From IMG/VR virus record IMGVR_UViG_3300023184_008416, positions 64,001 to 128,000 of that record: a stretch of 64,000 nucleotides of DNA; one strand, written 5' to 3'. The position numbers were made by a program, and so were the translations under genes. This DNA is from a virus. The notes beneath the pieces were generated by a model. That model ran no database searches and was not told the origin of the DNA. It was given only the letters and a program-made list of their open reading frames with translations. Of the stretch, positions 40,274 to 51,137 are shown in pieces (positions within the stretch are counted from its first letter, which is position 1; the number at the start of each line of letters is the position of its first letter).

Positions 40274-40305
40274 TTCCTTGTTTTTGTTCTCCTGTGATTG
40301 TGAGT

Positions 40306-40339
40306 GCAGTGATCTTTTGGGTCACTGCGTTTTTATTTT
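40306..40339 (+). terminator. Rho-independent terminator
   Basis: GCAGTGATC...GGTCACTGC stem followed by TTTTTATTTT. Confidence 0.8.
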
Positions 40340-40421
40340 AAAAAAAGGTTGTTAAATGTGAGGTAAGGTATTTACTTCTGTTGTCGCAGGACCGTATAAT
40401 TGACGCAGCAACAGGAGAATT

Positions 40422-41285
40422 ATGTCAGAAGAAAGAGAACAACGTAACGCAGTGTTTACCAATGTTGGTGTTGATCCACGCATTCCAACAACAACAGCAG
40501 CTGATCGAGCGCGGGCTGATTTTGGTCTTGATATTCCGGTTGAAGTCGTGCCGCTTCCTTCGATGGGTAGAGTGTATCCTGCCAATTCTTCTCTTCACGG
40601 GAGAGAGACAGTTGACATTCGAGCCATGACGGCGCGTGAAGAAGACATTTTGACAAGTCGAGCCCTGTTGAAAAAGGGAACTGTTATTACAGAGCTTATT
40701 AAGTCTTGCCTCACTGACAAGTCAATTAATACCAGTGAGCTTCTTGTTGGTGATCGAAATGCTCTGATGGTGGCAGTTAGAATCACGGGTTATGGTGCTG
40801 AGTATGAGGTTGAAGTTGATTGCACCGAGTGTGGATCCAAGACGCCTCACGTATTTAACCTTGGTGAGCTTCCGATTCGCAGGTTAGAGATTAATCCCGT
40901 TGAAGAAGGAATGAATCTTTTTGAGACTGTTTTGCCTGTGTGTAAAAAGACAGTTAGATTTAAGTTTTTGACGGGTCGCGATGAGGAAGAGATCAGTGCA
41001 ACTTCAGAGAAGCAAAAGAAGTTAGCGTTGGGAACCGACACTGCTGTGACAACCAATTTGATGTATGCGATTGTTGCTGTGGATGGTGTCACTGATCGTG
41101 CAAAGTTGGCTAACTTTGTTAAGATGATGCCTGCACGTGATTCTCTTGCATTGCGTAATTTTATTCGTGACAATGAGCCTGGAATTATCTTGAAGCAGGA
41201 GGCAGCCTGCGAAAGTTGCGGACATACGGAGGACCTAGACATGCCACTAGGTGTGTCCTTTCTTTGGCCTTCCGTCAGACGCTAA
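40422..41285 (+). CDS. Baseplate hub assembly / tail assembly chaperone (T4 gp26-like)
   Basis: VPLPSMGRVY, MTAREEDIL, DRNALMVAVRITGYG and two CxxC motifs, upstream of the tape measure gene. Confidence 0.8.
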   Translation: MSEEREQRNAVFTNVGVDPRIPTTTAADRARADFGLDIPVEVVPLPSMGRVYPANSSLHGRETVDIRAMTAREEDILTSRALLKKGTVITELIKSCLTDKSINTSELLVGDRNALMVAVRITGYGAEYEVEVDCTECGSKTPHVFNLGELPIRRLEINPVEEGMNLFETVLPVCKKTVRFKFLTGRDEEEISATSEKQKKLALGTDTAVTTNLMYAIVAVDGVTDRAKLANFVKMMPARDSLALRNFIRDNEPGIILKQEAACESCGHTEDLDMPLGVSFLWPSVRR

Positions 41286-41535
41286 AACGTTATTGATACT
41301 TGAACCCGCCTTTCTGCTCATGTATTACGGCGGGTTCACGTATGCTGAAACGTACATGATGCCGATCTCATACAAGAGATGGTTTTTGGAGCGTATTTCT
41401 AAAGAGTTGAAGTCAGGTTCTGAATCTGGAGAAAATGCGCCTTCAAGAGCAGCTCATGCTGACACAGCAGAAATGAGAGCGATGCAGGGCCGTGTTAGAT
41501 CTCAAGTTCCTTCAAGAATGAGACGATTCACGTGA
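41251..41535 (+). CDS. Chaperone C-terminal extension (gp51-like), possibly reached by frameshift
   Basis: FLLMYYGGFTYAETYMMPISYKRWFL motif. Overlaps the upstream gene in the +1 frame. Confidence 0.65.
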   Translation: MCPFFGLPSDAKTLLILEPAFLLMYYGGFTYAETYMMPISYKRWFLERISKELKSGSESGENAPSRAAHADTAEMRAMQGRVRSQVPSRMRRFT

Positions 41536-41605
41536 TTGTCGTGTGGTCGTTCTTGAAATCTGTTGATACTTAAGTCCATGTTTTGTTTGGTAATCATGAG
41601 GAATT

Positions 41606-44600
41606 GTGGCTGATAATAAAGAAAAAGAATTATCAGCCCAATCTGCAGCTGCTACGCAACTTGTTGCTGCAATGATGCAGCTGAATGAAACGTTAAAACA
41701 AACGGCGGCATCATGGGCCTCTGTTTCAGGTGCTGTTCAACAAGTGACTGCTGAGGAACAGAAACATTCAGCAGCTGTTAGTGAAGCAATAAAAAAAGAG
41801 GAAGAGTTTAAGACAGTCACCGGCGAGGTGATGAAGTATATTGAAAACAAAGTAGAATCCGCGACTGGCGCTGTAAAAAAGTATTTTGAGCAGTTTAAAA
41901 ATCAATCTGCTCCGTTGTTGGCCATAAAAGGATTGGCCAAAGGTTTTTCTGGATTTTTCTCTACGTTATCTAGCGGATTCACCATACTCTCAGGCGTCGT
42001 AGAAGGTCTTTTCAACATAGGCGTAGCAATTCTTAAAATTCCGCTCAAAATATTTGAGTCGTTTATTGACATGGCTGGTTCTGCCGGTAGCACTGAATTT
42101 GCTCAAGCTTTAGAAGATATTAGGAAAGAGTTTGGTGCCCTTAACGGACCGACTGCTTCTTCTATCGTTACGACGGCCAAAAATATGCAGGGCTTTACGG
42201 CCACTGGTTTGAGTGTTTATAGAGTTTTTGGTAATACAGCCGAAAGATTAAAAACTGTCGCTGAAGCTGCGGCTGGCATGGGTCCTGCGTTTGATCAGCT
42301 GATGGAAGATTTTAAGGGTGCAGAAGGTCAAGCGTTTGCTTATCAAAAAGGTTTAGGCTTGACCTGGGAACAGATGTCAATCATCACCCAAGGTGCCATG
42401 GCCATGGGTAAGAGCAGTGAGTCTGTCCTGCGTGACATGACCAAGATATCAAATGAATTAGGAGATGCTTTTGGAATTAATGCCAAGGTCATCTCCAAAG
42501 ACATGGGCAAAGCCCTCCAAGACGTAGGTCACTTTGCCACGGCGACACAAAAACAATTGGGTCAAGCTGTCGTCTATTCTCGTAAATTGGGTCTAGAGCT
42601 GTCCAAAATTACCGGATTGATGGATGCCTTCGGAACATTTGAGGATTCTGCAAATGCTGTGTCTGACTTGACGCAGGCAATTGGAATCAATGTTGATGCT
42701 TTGAAATTGATGAATGCCGCGACGCCCGACGAACAATTGGATTTGTTACGTAAGTCAATGGCCGCCGCAGGCAAGAGCGCAGAAGATTTTAATAGATTCC
42801 AATTGAAAGCCGTTGCATCTACTTTACACCTTGATGAGGGCACTGCAAAGGCTGCTCTGTCAATGAAGAATCAGGGTAAAACACTCGAGGAAATCAAAAA
42901 ATCAGGTGATAAAGCCGAAAAGAAAACGATGACCCAAGAAGAGGCAATGAGCAAACTTGCCGACTCTATTGAAAGATTGGTGAAAGCCGGCGAAGACATG
43001 AAGGGTGGTTTCTTTGCTACCTTCATGAAGGGATTTGGAATAGGGTTGCAACAGGCTCCTGAATTCCGCCAAGCTATTATGGCCGTCCGCCAGGCTTTAT
43101 ACGCTACATTCCAGGCTGGTATTAAATTCGGTAGAATGGTGATGGACACCTTTCCAGGCATCAAGAAAATGTTTTTAGGAATTGCTGAGGCATTCTCCGG
43201 ACAACGTTTCAGGAATTTTTTTAATGAAATCACGCAGTATTTTAGAACTTTCTTCAAAGACCTGTCGTCAGGTAAACACTCGTTTCCCGAATTGATGAAA
43301 CACTTGAAAGAAAGTTTTTTTAATTTCTTTAACAAGTCTTCACCGGGCGGGTCAAAATTTCTTGATGGATTAAAGGAAGCGATGAAAGCGATCAGCACTA
43401 TCGTTGCTGAAGGAATAAAGTGGGCGGCCGGTGCTCTGGCCGACGGTTTGCAATACATTACCGATATTATGACAGGTAAGAAAAAGTTGGGCGACCTGGG
43501 TAGTGGTACGGAATTTTTATCGCAAGTTTTAGGACCTATTGCCGAGGCACTTGGACAGGCTGCTGAAAAATTGGGTCCGGTGCTCAAGGATTTCGTGCTT
43601 GCGTTGTGGGAAAAACTTCAGGAATTGTGGAACAGTGAAGATTTTGCACCCATAAGAAATGCCATCGTCGGTGGATCCATGTTAAAGATGTTCGGTCCGG
43701 CAGCGATCAACATTGGAGGAGGATTGATCGCTAAATTTTTTATGAGCGGAGCCAAAAAGGGAATCGAGCAAGCTGCTCCAAAGATTGCTGCTGATATGGC
43801 AACGGCCGGACAAAAGATTGCCGCCGACGCTCCCAAAGCACTCGAATCTGGCAAGGCTGCCATGTCAGCTGCTGTTCCCAATTCTTCGCAAACGGCCGCT
43901 TTAACGGCCGCAGGCAAAGCTCAAATTGATTGGTCAGGTGTCAAGAAATTCTTGGTAGGATTTGCAGGCGTGGTTGCCATAGGGCTAGTCGCCATGGGAA
44001 TTGCAATTGCCGCGATAAGAACTTTCGATATTACAACCGATGAAATTTTAAAGGCGGGTCTGTTGATGCTAGCTATCGCTGTGACGATGGCACCATTTGT
44101 GCTCCTGACCAAATTTATTTCGTCAATCAAGATTGATGAAAAAACAATGAACAAAACTTTGCTTGCGATGGGAGTTGTTATGGCCGAAGGTCTGGTTGCC
44201 TTTGGATTCGCACTCTTGATGGTGAGCAAGACTGACATGGAGGGTGTTAAAAAGGCGGGAATTGCGTTGGGAATTATCGTTTTGACCATGGCATCTGTAG
44301 GTCTGTTGGTTCTTGAAATGGCTGGTATTGGTTATCTTGTCAAAAAAATGGAAGATAAAATCACAGCAGGTGCGGCTGCGATGGTTGCTACAATAGCAAT
44401 CATGATTACCACAGCTACTGTGATAGGTGGAATTACAGCAGCAATGGGTGTGGAGGCAATGAAGGCAGGTGCTGAGTTACTGAGCGTTATATCTAATGTG
44501 TTCGTGAAAGTAGGTGAAATCCTGTTTGTTGCTGCTGGCGTTGGTGCTATGATTGTTGCAACTGAGGGGATCGGAGCAGGTTTAATGGCGGCAGGCATGG

Positions 44601-47017
44601 CAGCGTTAGTCTCAGGTGTTGGAATAATGACAACAACGGCAGTTGGAGTTATGGAGACCTTGTCAACTTTAAAGGAAGACCCGAACACGATTAAGCTGAA
44701 GGCACAGGCCTTTGAATCAGTGATGAATTCTATCACAAATCTGATGAACGCGATTGGCAATATCTTGGGAACTGTCAAATTTGATCCAACAGATTCTGAA
44801 GCCAAGGTCAAAGCCAAGTTTGGGGGTCTGAATCAATTCATAAAAACTTTGTTGGAGGGTGAAAATGGCAATGCGGGATTGATTGGTGTCGTTCGTTCCA
44901 TCATCGAAGGTTTAAAATCTTTGAAACCGTCTGCGATTGAGACGGCAAAGGCAATCGGTGGTATTTTGTCAAGCATCGCTTCATTGATGGACGGCATGGG
45001 TAAAAGCATGCAATCGTTAAATGATGTCGTTAATGGCAGCGGGTTAGCTTCATTTTTGGCTTCGGGCGGTGAAAAAGCTTACAATTTAAATACTGTTCTT
45101 ACTGGAGCCGGTGATTATATAAAAACCGTCACTGGAGCTGCTATCGGTTTAATAAAAGTTATAATTAATGCCTTGAGTGGTATTCCAACGTCTCAGCTTG
45201 GTAAATTAAAAGAGGGAGGTGAGGCGGTCGGTAGTTTGTTGGGAGCTGTTGCGAATTTATTGCATTCAGTTGCCCCCGATCTTTCTGCTTTAACAATGGA
45301 GACTCAATCCGGGGGTACAGTCGCAGGTATTCTTGACGTAGGAGAAAAAAGTAAATATCTTGACATGAGTGCATTAAAAGCAGTTGGTCAACAAATGGGA
45401 ACGATGTTAGAAAATATTGGAAAATACTTGCCTACTTTAATTGATTCCATGGTTACAGCAATTAATAAAGTTAAATTAAAACCCGAAGACGTCAAAAAAG
45501 TAGAGGGTGTTGGACATCTGCTTGGTGCTGTCGGCAGCATTATGTCTGCAATTTCTAGTTCTATCAAACAAGCAAAGTCAACGACAACGACAGATGCAGG
45601 TTCAAAACACGAAGTGGGATTGGCAAGTGCTAGTGTATCCAAAACATCAAAGAACGTTCAAGAGATAGTGAGCGTAGCCCCCAAGTTGTCGGAAATCATA
45701 GATTCTATCAAAGATTCTTTACCCGATCTTATACGAAGAATAGTGACAGTTGTTGCTTCAATCAGTCTGCCTCCTGGGTTTAAGGAAAAAACTGAGGCGA
45801 TGGTAAAGTTGTTTGAGGGTATTTCAGCATTGACTAGCATGTTAGGTAACATGCCACAAATGGGTGCTGAGGGTACTGGTGCTACAGTTGAGCTCGCTCT
45901 TCGCCCCTTAACAAATTCAATACATCTAGCTCAATGGTTTTTTAAAGGTCTTGCTGACAATAATGAAATTGGAAATTTAATTTCATGGATAGCAGTCGTC
46001 CAAGCACAAATTGCAAAAGGTTCAATTGCGGCCGTTAATTCTACGACAAGTTCATTAACAAAAATGTTTGATGGTATCAAAAATTTGTTTGAAAAATTGA
46101 AGGATTTTAAAGATTTATCAACGAGTGAAGGGAAAACTGATTTCTCTCCAATTCTCGCCGTGCTCGGTGCAGCTACAAGATTTTTACGATCTTTAGCCAC
46201 CCCCGCCAGCGACACAGGTCTTGAAAATCTCAGTTCAGCTCTTAGCAAGGCAAATACAGCAGCTTCAAAAAACAATATGATTGAAAATGCTGCGAATTTG
46301 GGTCGCATTTTAAAGGCTGTTTTTATTGATGGAACTCTGTTTAAAGATGCGTTGCCCAAGATGCAAGGAATGTGGGACGCTGGTAAGAGTGCAGAAGTTG
46401 AGACGACAATTTCAACAGCAAAGATTTTGTTCACAAATTTATCAACGCAAGGCAATCCTTCTTCTCTTGTTGATTTGAGTCGTTTAATAACAAATGATTT
46501 GTCTGTTTCAGCGGCTTTTTTGGCAAAAGCAACCTTCCCGGACATGAGTTCACTTACAGAAGGTTTAATGACATTCGTAAAGCAATTTGAAAATTTAGGA
46601 ACTATAATTAAAGATTCTGGTGTTGAGCCGACCCTCGAGGCTGTCAATAAGATTATTAATACCTTGAATGAGATGGATGTGGCAATGTCAAAAGCTGTTG
46701 ACGTGAAATTCCCAGCCAGATTACAAGCGTTAGCGGGTGGAATAGGTTTAGGCAAAAAAATGACGGTACGTGTTGAGAGGGGAGAAGCAACGATCAATGT
46801 TGATCTTGCAGTTGTGATGGAAGTTGGCAAGGTCGAAAAAGTTTTGTTATCTGGTGAATCTGCGATCAGAAAACGTATAAATTATCTTTTTGATAATGCA
46901 CAAAAAAAGACAGATGACAAAGCAAAAACAGTTGGACAAGACGTTACACAATATGATGGATTTAGTTGGAAGATTGGAGACGATGGTTCTGCTGGCAAAA
47001 TGCCTCACAATTATTGA
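41606..47017 (+). CDS. Tape measure protein
   Basis: 1803 aa, Ala/Gly-rich and helical with a central hydrophobic region, in the canonical position. Confidence 0.88.
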   Translation: MADNKEKELSAQSAAATQLVAAMMQLNETLKQTAASWASVSGAVQQVTAEEQKHSAAVSEAIKKEEEFKTVTGEVMKYIENKVESATGAVKKYFEQFKNQSAPLLAIKGLAKGFSGFFSTLSSGFTILSGVVEGLFNIGVAILKIPLKIFESFIDMAGSAGSTEFAQALEDIRKEFGALNGPTASSIVTTAKNMQGFTATGLSVYRVFGNTAERLKTVAEAAAGMGPAFDQLMEDFKGAEGQAFAYQKGLGLTWEQMSIITQGAMAMGKSSESVLRDMTKISNELGDAFGINAKVISKDMGKALQDVGHFATATQKQLGQAVVYSRKLGLELSKITGLMDAFGTFEDSANAVSDLTQAIGINVDALKLMNAATPDEQLDLLRKSMAAAGKSAEDFNRFQLKAVASTLHLDEGTAKAALSMKNQGKTLEEIKKSGDKAEKKTMTQEEAMSKLADSIERLVKAGEDMKGGFFATFMKGFGIGLQQAPEFRQAIMAVRQALYATFQAGIKFGRMVMDTFPGIKKMFLGIAEAFSGQRFRNFFNEITQYFRTFFKDLSSGKHSFPELMKHLKESFFNFFNKSSPGGSKFLDGLKEAMKAISTIVAEGIKWAAGALADGLQYITDIMTGKKKLGDLGSGTEFLSQVLGPIAEALGQAAEKLGPVLKDFVLALWEKLQELWNSEDFAPIRNAIVGGSMLKMFGPAAINIGGGLIAKFFMSGAKKGIEQAAPKIAADMATAGQKIAADAPKALESGKAAMSAAVPNSSQTAALTAAGKAQIDWSGVKKFLVGFAGVVAIGLVAMGIAIAAIRTFDITTDEILKAGLLMLAIAVTMAPFVLLTKFISSIKIDEKTMNKTLLAMGVVMAEGLVAFGFALLMVSKTDMEGVKKAGIALGIIVLTMASVGLLVLEMAGIGYLVKKMEDKITAGAAAMVATIAIMITTATVIGGITAAMGVEAMKAGAELLSVISNVFVKVGEILFVAAGVGAMIVATEGIGAGLMAAGMAALVSGVGIMTTTAVGVMETLSTLKEDPNTIKLKAQAFESVMNSITNLMNAIGNILGTVKFDPTDSEAKVKAKFGGLNQFIKTLLEGENGNAGLIGVVRSIIEGLKSLKPSAIETAKAIGGILSSIASLMDGMGKSMQSLNDVVNGSGLASFLASGGEKAYNLNTVLTGAGDYIKTVTGAAIGLIKVIINALSGIPTSQLGKLKEGGEAVGSLLGAVANLLHSVAPDLSALTMETQSGGTVAGILDVGEKSKYLDMSALKAVGQQMGTMLENIGKYLPTLIDSMVTAINKVKLKPEDVKKVEGVGHLLGAVGSIMSAISSSIKQAKSTTTTDAGSKHEVGLASASVSKTSKNVQEIVSVAPKLSEIIDSIKDSLPDLIRRIVTVVASISLPPGFKEKTEAMVKLFEGISALTSMLGNMPQMGAEGTGATVELALRPLTNSIHLAQWFFKGLADNNEIGNLISWIAVVQAQIAKGSIAAVNSTTSSLTKMFDGIKNLFEKLKDFKDLSTSEGKTDFSPILAVLGAATRFLRSLATPASDTGLENLSSALSKANTAASKNNMIENAANLGRILKAVFIDGTLFKDALPKMQGMWDAGKSAEVETTISTAKILFTNLSTQGNPSSLVDLSRLITNDLSVSAAFLAKATFPDMSSLTEGLMTFVKQFENLGTIIKDSGVEPTLEAVNKIINTLNEMDVAMSKAVDVKFPARLQALAGGIGLGKKMTVRVERGEATINVDLAVVMEVGKVEKVLLSGESAIRKRINYLFDNAQKKTDDKAKTVGQDVTQYDGFSWKIGDDGSAGKMPHNY

Positions 47018-47028
47018 TAAAAATTCAT

Positions 47029-47259
47029 ATGAAATCGCTTAAAGAACAATTTTTAGAAGATCCAAAATTTTTGAAGATACTTTCACAGGCACGTTCACCC
47101 GAAGAACGTCAAAAAATTCAATCTGTTGTGTCCAGTTTAATTGGACCACTGTGGTCATCAATGGAAGATCTTTTAAAAGACGTTGAAAACAATCCTGAAA
47201 AATTGGAACAAATTCGCGAAGATATGAATCAAATAATTTCCCAAAAATTTGAGAAGTAG
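47029..47259 (+). CDS. Hypothetical protein
   Basis: ATG 47029, 76 aa helical ORF. Confidence 0.55.
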   Translation: MKSLKEQFLEDPKFLKILSQARSPEERQKIQSVVSSLIGPLWSSMEDLLKDVENNPEKLEQIREDMNQIISQKFEK

Positions 47260-47287
47260 TATTTAATTTTTGTAAGAGATTTGTCCA

Positions 47288-50200
47288 ATGCCCCCACCCC
47301 CAGATTCCAAGATAAATTTAGATACCGGGGATCCGGGATTTGAAATCGATGGTGAAGAATACACATATGATATTGGTGATTCTCAAGATCCGCAGGTACC
47401 CGGACCTGGTAAACAGCGAAAAAAGACTATTGATGTAGATAAATCTTATAATGGTAATTCTGGTCCCAAAGATTTATCTAAAGGTACTCTTTTAACGTTG
47501 TCGCAGTACATGAGTAACCTTACAAATGGTACAAAGGGAACAGCAAAAAGACCTAATTCGTACCCAGTTGATTACAATTCTGCAATAGAAAAATTATCTC
47601 TTGAGACCAAAGGTTATCCAACAACGCTTTCGCCTACCACAAATTCTCAAAAATTTATCGATTCAGCATCTGCTCCTGGCTTAAATCCCTACGGTAAAAA
47701 TTATTCATCAATTAGCGCAACACTAAAAAAGGGTGCTGCGAGCCCAAATAATATTAATGGAAATCTTCTATTACAAAATTTAACACCAACTCCTGTTTCG
47801 GATAATGAACCTGGATTCCCCATCGAGGGTAAAGTTGGCAGCAAAGATTCCGTTGTTCCTTATGTTTCTGCCATACTAAAAAGAAACAGATTTAAAAATG
47901 AAAATGTTTACAATTCCGGCCAAATGCGTGTGCGTGGAAGTTCATTTAATAATACTTTTGAATACGGCCGCTCCGGCGGCGGCGAATTAGTTAATTCTTC
48001 TATAATGAATATGGTTGGCGTTGAACTCTCTCGCCGTTCGAGCAATGAATTTTTTTCTAATGAATCAAACCAACATCCTAACAATATTGGTAACCAAATT
48101 GCTGACGGTCTCACACCCAGTTTTAATCAAATAGGGGTACCTCCAGCTACTAAATTTACAACAACATTATTGGAAGCACAGGATGTTTTAAACAAGCTTG
48201 CTCGTGATCATCAAGACATTACAACGCTCAAATTATCTGATGAAACATGGGGTGCACTGAACAATGTGCATGATACATTCGACGGATTTGACGCCGTAGG
48301 CATGGGAATTTTATCAAGTGTTTTAGTGTTTTCTATTGCTGCTATAATTACAAGCATAAGCCAAATTCTATCATTAATAGGCAGTAAAAACGCAATTTCT
48401 GCAAGATATGATAACCAGGGCTTGTATAAAAAAGGTTGGTCGCTTATCGATCTTTCACAAAGTTTTAATGGTTCAAAGGGCCTGTCTTACATGGGAATTA
48501 GTCCAACTAAGATATCTTATTCTGATGCCGTTTTTAATGGAATCATGATCTTTTTTAAAATTAATCCCGAAGATTTATTGAATACTAACAATTTTAAATA
48601 CAGCGGATTTAATGTTGTAACTTCTAGGTCGATAGTTAGATCGTCAAAAACATTTTATGATTCTGCTAAAAATTTGTTTACTGTCGCCGGCATACCAAAT
48701 TTGCTAAAAATAATTGATATTATAAAATCATCACGCATAATTTTAGCAATCAATACATTCGCGCAATTGGGCGATTTTAACCAGAATGATCGTAAATTTA
48801 ATTTAGACAAGCAACCTGCTATAGGTTTTACTACGACCAAAAATAGAAAAGTTGCAAATTCACCAGGTTTGGCGTGGTCATCTGTAAGTACGCCAAGCGC
48901 ATTCTTAATACCCAGTAATATTTTACCATTTTTGAGTCGAGCAAGTACAGATCCTGAAAATTCAATGAAAGGTGTTCACGCTGATCTTGGCGCGTTTTCT
49001 TACCAGACGCCAGAAAATAGGCTTTCCCAAAACGTAGTTGAACGTGTTGAAGAGCAGATGGATTCGGAATACATGCCTTTTTATTTTCACGATTTGCGAA
49101 CAAATGAAATTATTTCATTTCACGCATTCCTGTCGTCATTGACAGATGGATTTACCGCAAGTTATGACAGTCATGAATCATTTGGAAGAGTAGAACCGGT
49201 AAGAACTTATAAAAGCGCTGAACGTAAGATAGGGATGTCATTTAGTATTGTTGCGACAGGACCCAAAGATTTTGACGAGATGTACAAAAAGATCAATAAA
49301 TTGGTGACCCTTGTCTACCCCCAGTTTACTGCCGGTAAAAAACAACTCTTATCATCGGGTAATAAAACTTTCACCATGCCGTTCAGCCAAATGCCTGCAG
49401 GAAGTCCGTTGATTAGATTAAGGTTAGGCGATATCTTTAGGTCAAATTATACCAAATTTGCACTAACACGCCTTTTCGGCGCAGTGCGTGAGACAAAAGA
49501 CGTACTAAACGGGGACAGAGAGGCAAAAAACAACGATAGTTTAAAAGCGTCAATTCTAGCAAATGAAATGAATGTCATAGATGCAGACCAAAATGTGCGC
49601 AAAGTTTTGGGTAATCCTGATACTGATGCTCTAGCAATAAAAAACTATACTGATGCTGTCAAGGAGCTAGCAAAGTCCCAAACCTCTTTCAAGAAATCAC
49701 AACGTAAAATTGTTGATATCTCGTCAAGATTAGAACCAAAGCCGCTAAGAAATTCTACCTATGATTCACTTTTCCGCCCGATACCTGGAATTTCTTATGA
49801 GGGTAAAGATGCAGACAATAACAAGTTTACGCTGCGATCAGATCAATGGAGTTATTTGTACGATCACATCGGTTTTAAGCGTAAGCCAAATGGTAAATTT
49901 TTTATAGATGAAGGAAATACAGCCCCAGATGTGTTTGCATCCCTGAAAGAAGTTGGAGCCGTATTAGTTGAGTATAATATACCCATTAGTTTTTTAAATA
50001 TAAAGGGTTATAATAACATAAGATCACAAAAAGATGACAGTTTTGTTGACCCAGGTGAGTGGACAGAATCGGGGATAGATTTAACCCAGAGAAATAATGC
50101 AATTGTAAGATATTTTGAAGAAACGAGTGGAAAGGGTCTTGCGGGATTCATAGAATCTATGAACTTTAGTTGGCTTGATGGAACCTGGAATACGACCAAG

Positions 50201-50833
50201 AATTTTGATTCTCGAGCACCAATGATTTGTAAAGTCGATATTACATTTGCTCCTGTCCACGATATTACTCCGGGATTGGATCACTATGGTTATAACAGAG
50301 CTCCTGTCTATCCTGTCGGTGCATACATGGCGCAAGTTGGACTTGGAAATGGTGGCGATGTTAGTGGCGACGGTGAAAATGTTAGTCCTGACGTGGTCGG
50401 AACCCCACAACTTTCAGATGAAGAAACTGCAATCGCCGCATCACCCGACGTGGTCGCCGCATCACCCGACGTGGTCGACATGGAGTATGACCCCGATGTG
50501 GTCGACATGGAGTACGACCCCGAAAATCCCGCCACTAATCCCAAATCCCCCCCTCTCCAAATTCATGAAACTCCCGGTTACAGAACAATCAAGGTTGGAA
50601 ACACGAGGGTAGTAAAATTTGAACCTTATAAGTATAATCAAAGTGGAGAGCCAATTTCAGGAAACCCCGGAAATCCAGCCGCGATTGTTGCAGCATACAA
50701 TCAATACAACCACACTAATCTTACTGTTGAAGATCTCTACAATGCAGACCCAAAAACGTCCGATAAAGTTTACAAGGATGCCCGTGCGTATTTTACCCGA
50801 ACTGGTCAAATAACCAAAGGATTTCCAAAGTGA
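47288..50833 (+). CDS. Baseplate / tube-initiator-like structural protein
   Basis: MPFYFHDLRT...FHAFLSSLTD...FGRVEPVRTYKSAERKIGMSF...LVYP...PLIRLRLGD...GFIESMNFSW tube-fold-like motifs, located after the tape measure. Confidence 0.65.
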   Translation: MPPPPDSKINLDTGDPGFEIDGEEYTYDIGDSQDPQVPGPGKQRKKTIDVDKSYNGNSGPKDLSKGTLLTLSQYMSNLTNGTKGTAKRPNSYPVDYNSAIEKLSLETKGYPTTLSPTTNSQKFIDSASAPGLNPYGKNYSSISATLKKGAASPNNINGNLLLQNLTPTPVSDNEPGFPIEGKVGSKDSVVPYVSAILKRNRFKNENVYNSGQMRVRGSSFNNTFEYGRSGGGELVNSSIMNMVGVELSRRSSNEFFSNESNQHPNNIGNQIADGLTPSFNQIGVPPATKFTTTLLEAQDVLNKLARDHQDITTLKLSDETWGALNNVHDTFDGFDAVGMGILSSVLVFSIAAIITSISQILSLIGSKNAISARYDNQGLYKKGWSLIDLSQSFNGSKGLSYMGISPTKISYSDAVFNGIMIFFKINPEDLLNTNNFKYSGFNVVTSRSIVRSSKTFYDSAKNLFTVAGIPNLLKIIDIIKSSRIILAINTFAQLGDFNQNDRKFNLDKQPAIGFTTTKNRKVANSPGLAWSSVSTPSAFLIPSNILPFLSRASTDPENSMKGVHADLGAFSYQTPENRLSQNVVERVEEQMDSEYMPFYFHDLRTNEIISFHAFLSSLTDGFTASYDSHESFGRVEPVRTYKSAERKIGMSFSIVATGPKDFDEMYKKINKLVTLVYPQFTAGKKQLLSSGNKTFTMPFSQMPAGSPLIRLRLGDIFRSNYTKFALTRLFGAVRETKDVLNGDREAKNNDSLKASILANEMNVIDADQNVRKVLGNPDTDALAIKNYTDAVKELAKSQTSFKKSQRKIVDISSRLEPKPLRNSTYDSLFRPIPGISYEGKDADNNKFTLRSDQWSYLYDHIGFKRKPNGKFFIDEGNTAPDVFASLKEVGAVLVEYNIPISFLNIKGYNNIRSQKDDSFVDPGEWTESGIDLTQRNNAIVRYFEETSGKGLAGFIESMNFSWLDGTWNTTKNFDSRAPMICKVDITFAPVHDITPGLDHYGYNRAPVYPVGAYMAQVGLGNGGDVSGDGENVSPDVVGTPQLSDEETAIAASPDVVAASPDVVDMEYDPDVVDMEYDPENPATNPKSPPLQIHETPGYRTIKVGNTRVVKFEPYKYNQSGEPISGNPGNPAAIVAAYNQYNHTNLTVEDLYNADPKTSDKVYKDARAYFTRTGQITKGFPK
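50435..50523 (+). repeat. Adjacent 21 bp and 27 bp in-frame tandem duplications
   Basis: AASPDVV twice and PDVVDMEYD twice. Confidence 0.85.
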
Positions 50834-50839
50834 TTTAAT

Positions 50840-51136
50840 ATGGCACACTCCAGGTACACAACAAACACTCCGGTATTAGGATCTAATCCCTATCGCGGAA
50901 CTTCACGCACGGTTTCTATTATACGATCGGCGATTCTTACAGGTGATTTGAGTTATACTCAACGAATTGTGACCGGCGTAGAAAGACTGGACACCGCCGC
51001 TGGTCGTGAGTATGGTGACGGCAGATATTGGTGGATTCTTGCCGCAGCTTCAAATATAGGTTGGGGTTTACAGATTCCCCCTGGAACAATACTGTACATT
51101 CCCTCGTTGTCCGACGTTTTATTACTGGTGTCGTAA
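50840..51136 (+). CDS. LysM-like baseplate wedge protein (P2 gpX / T4 gp53-like)
   Basis: ERLDTAAGREYGDGRYWWILAAASNI...IPPGTILYIP. Confidence 0.8.
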   Translation: MAHSRYTTNTPVLGSNPYRGTSRTVSIIRSAILTGDLSYTQRIVTGVERLDTAAGREYGDGRYWWILAAASNIGWGLQIPPGTILYIPSLSDVLLLVS

Positions 51137-51137
51137 C

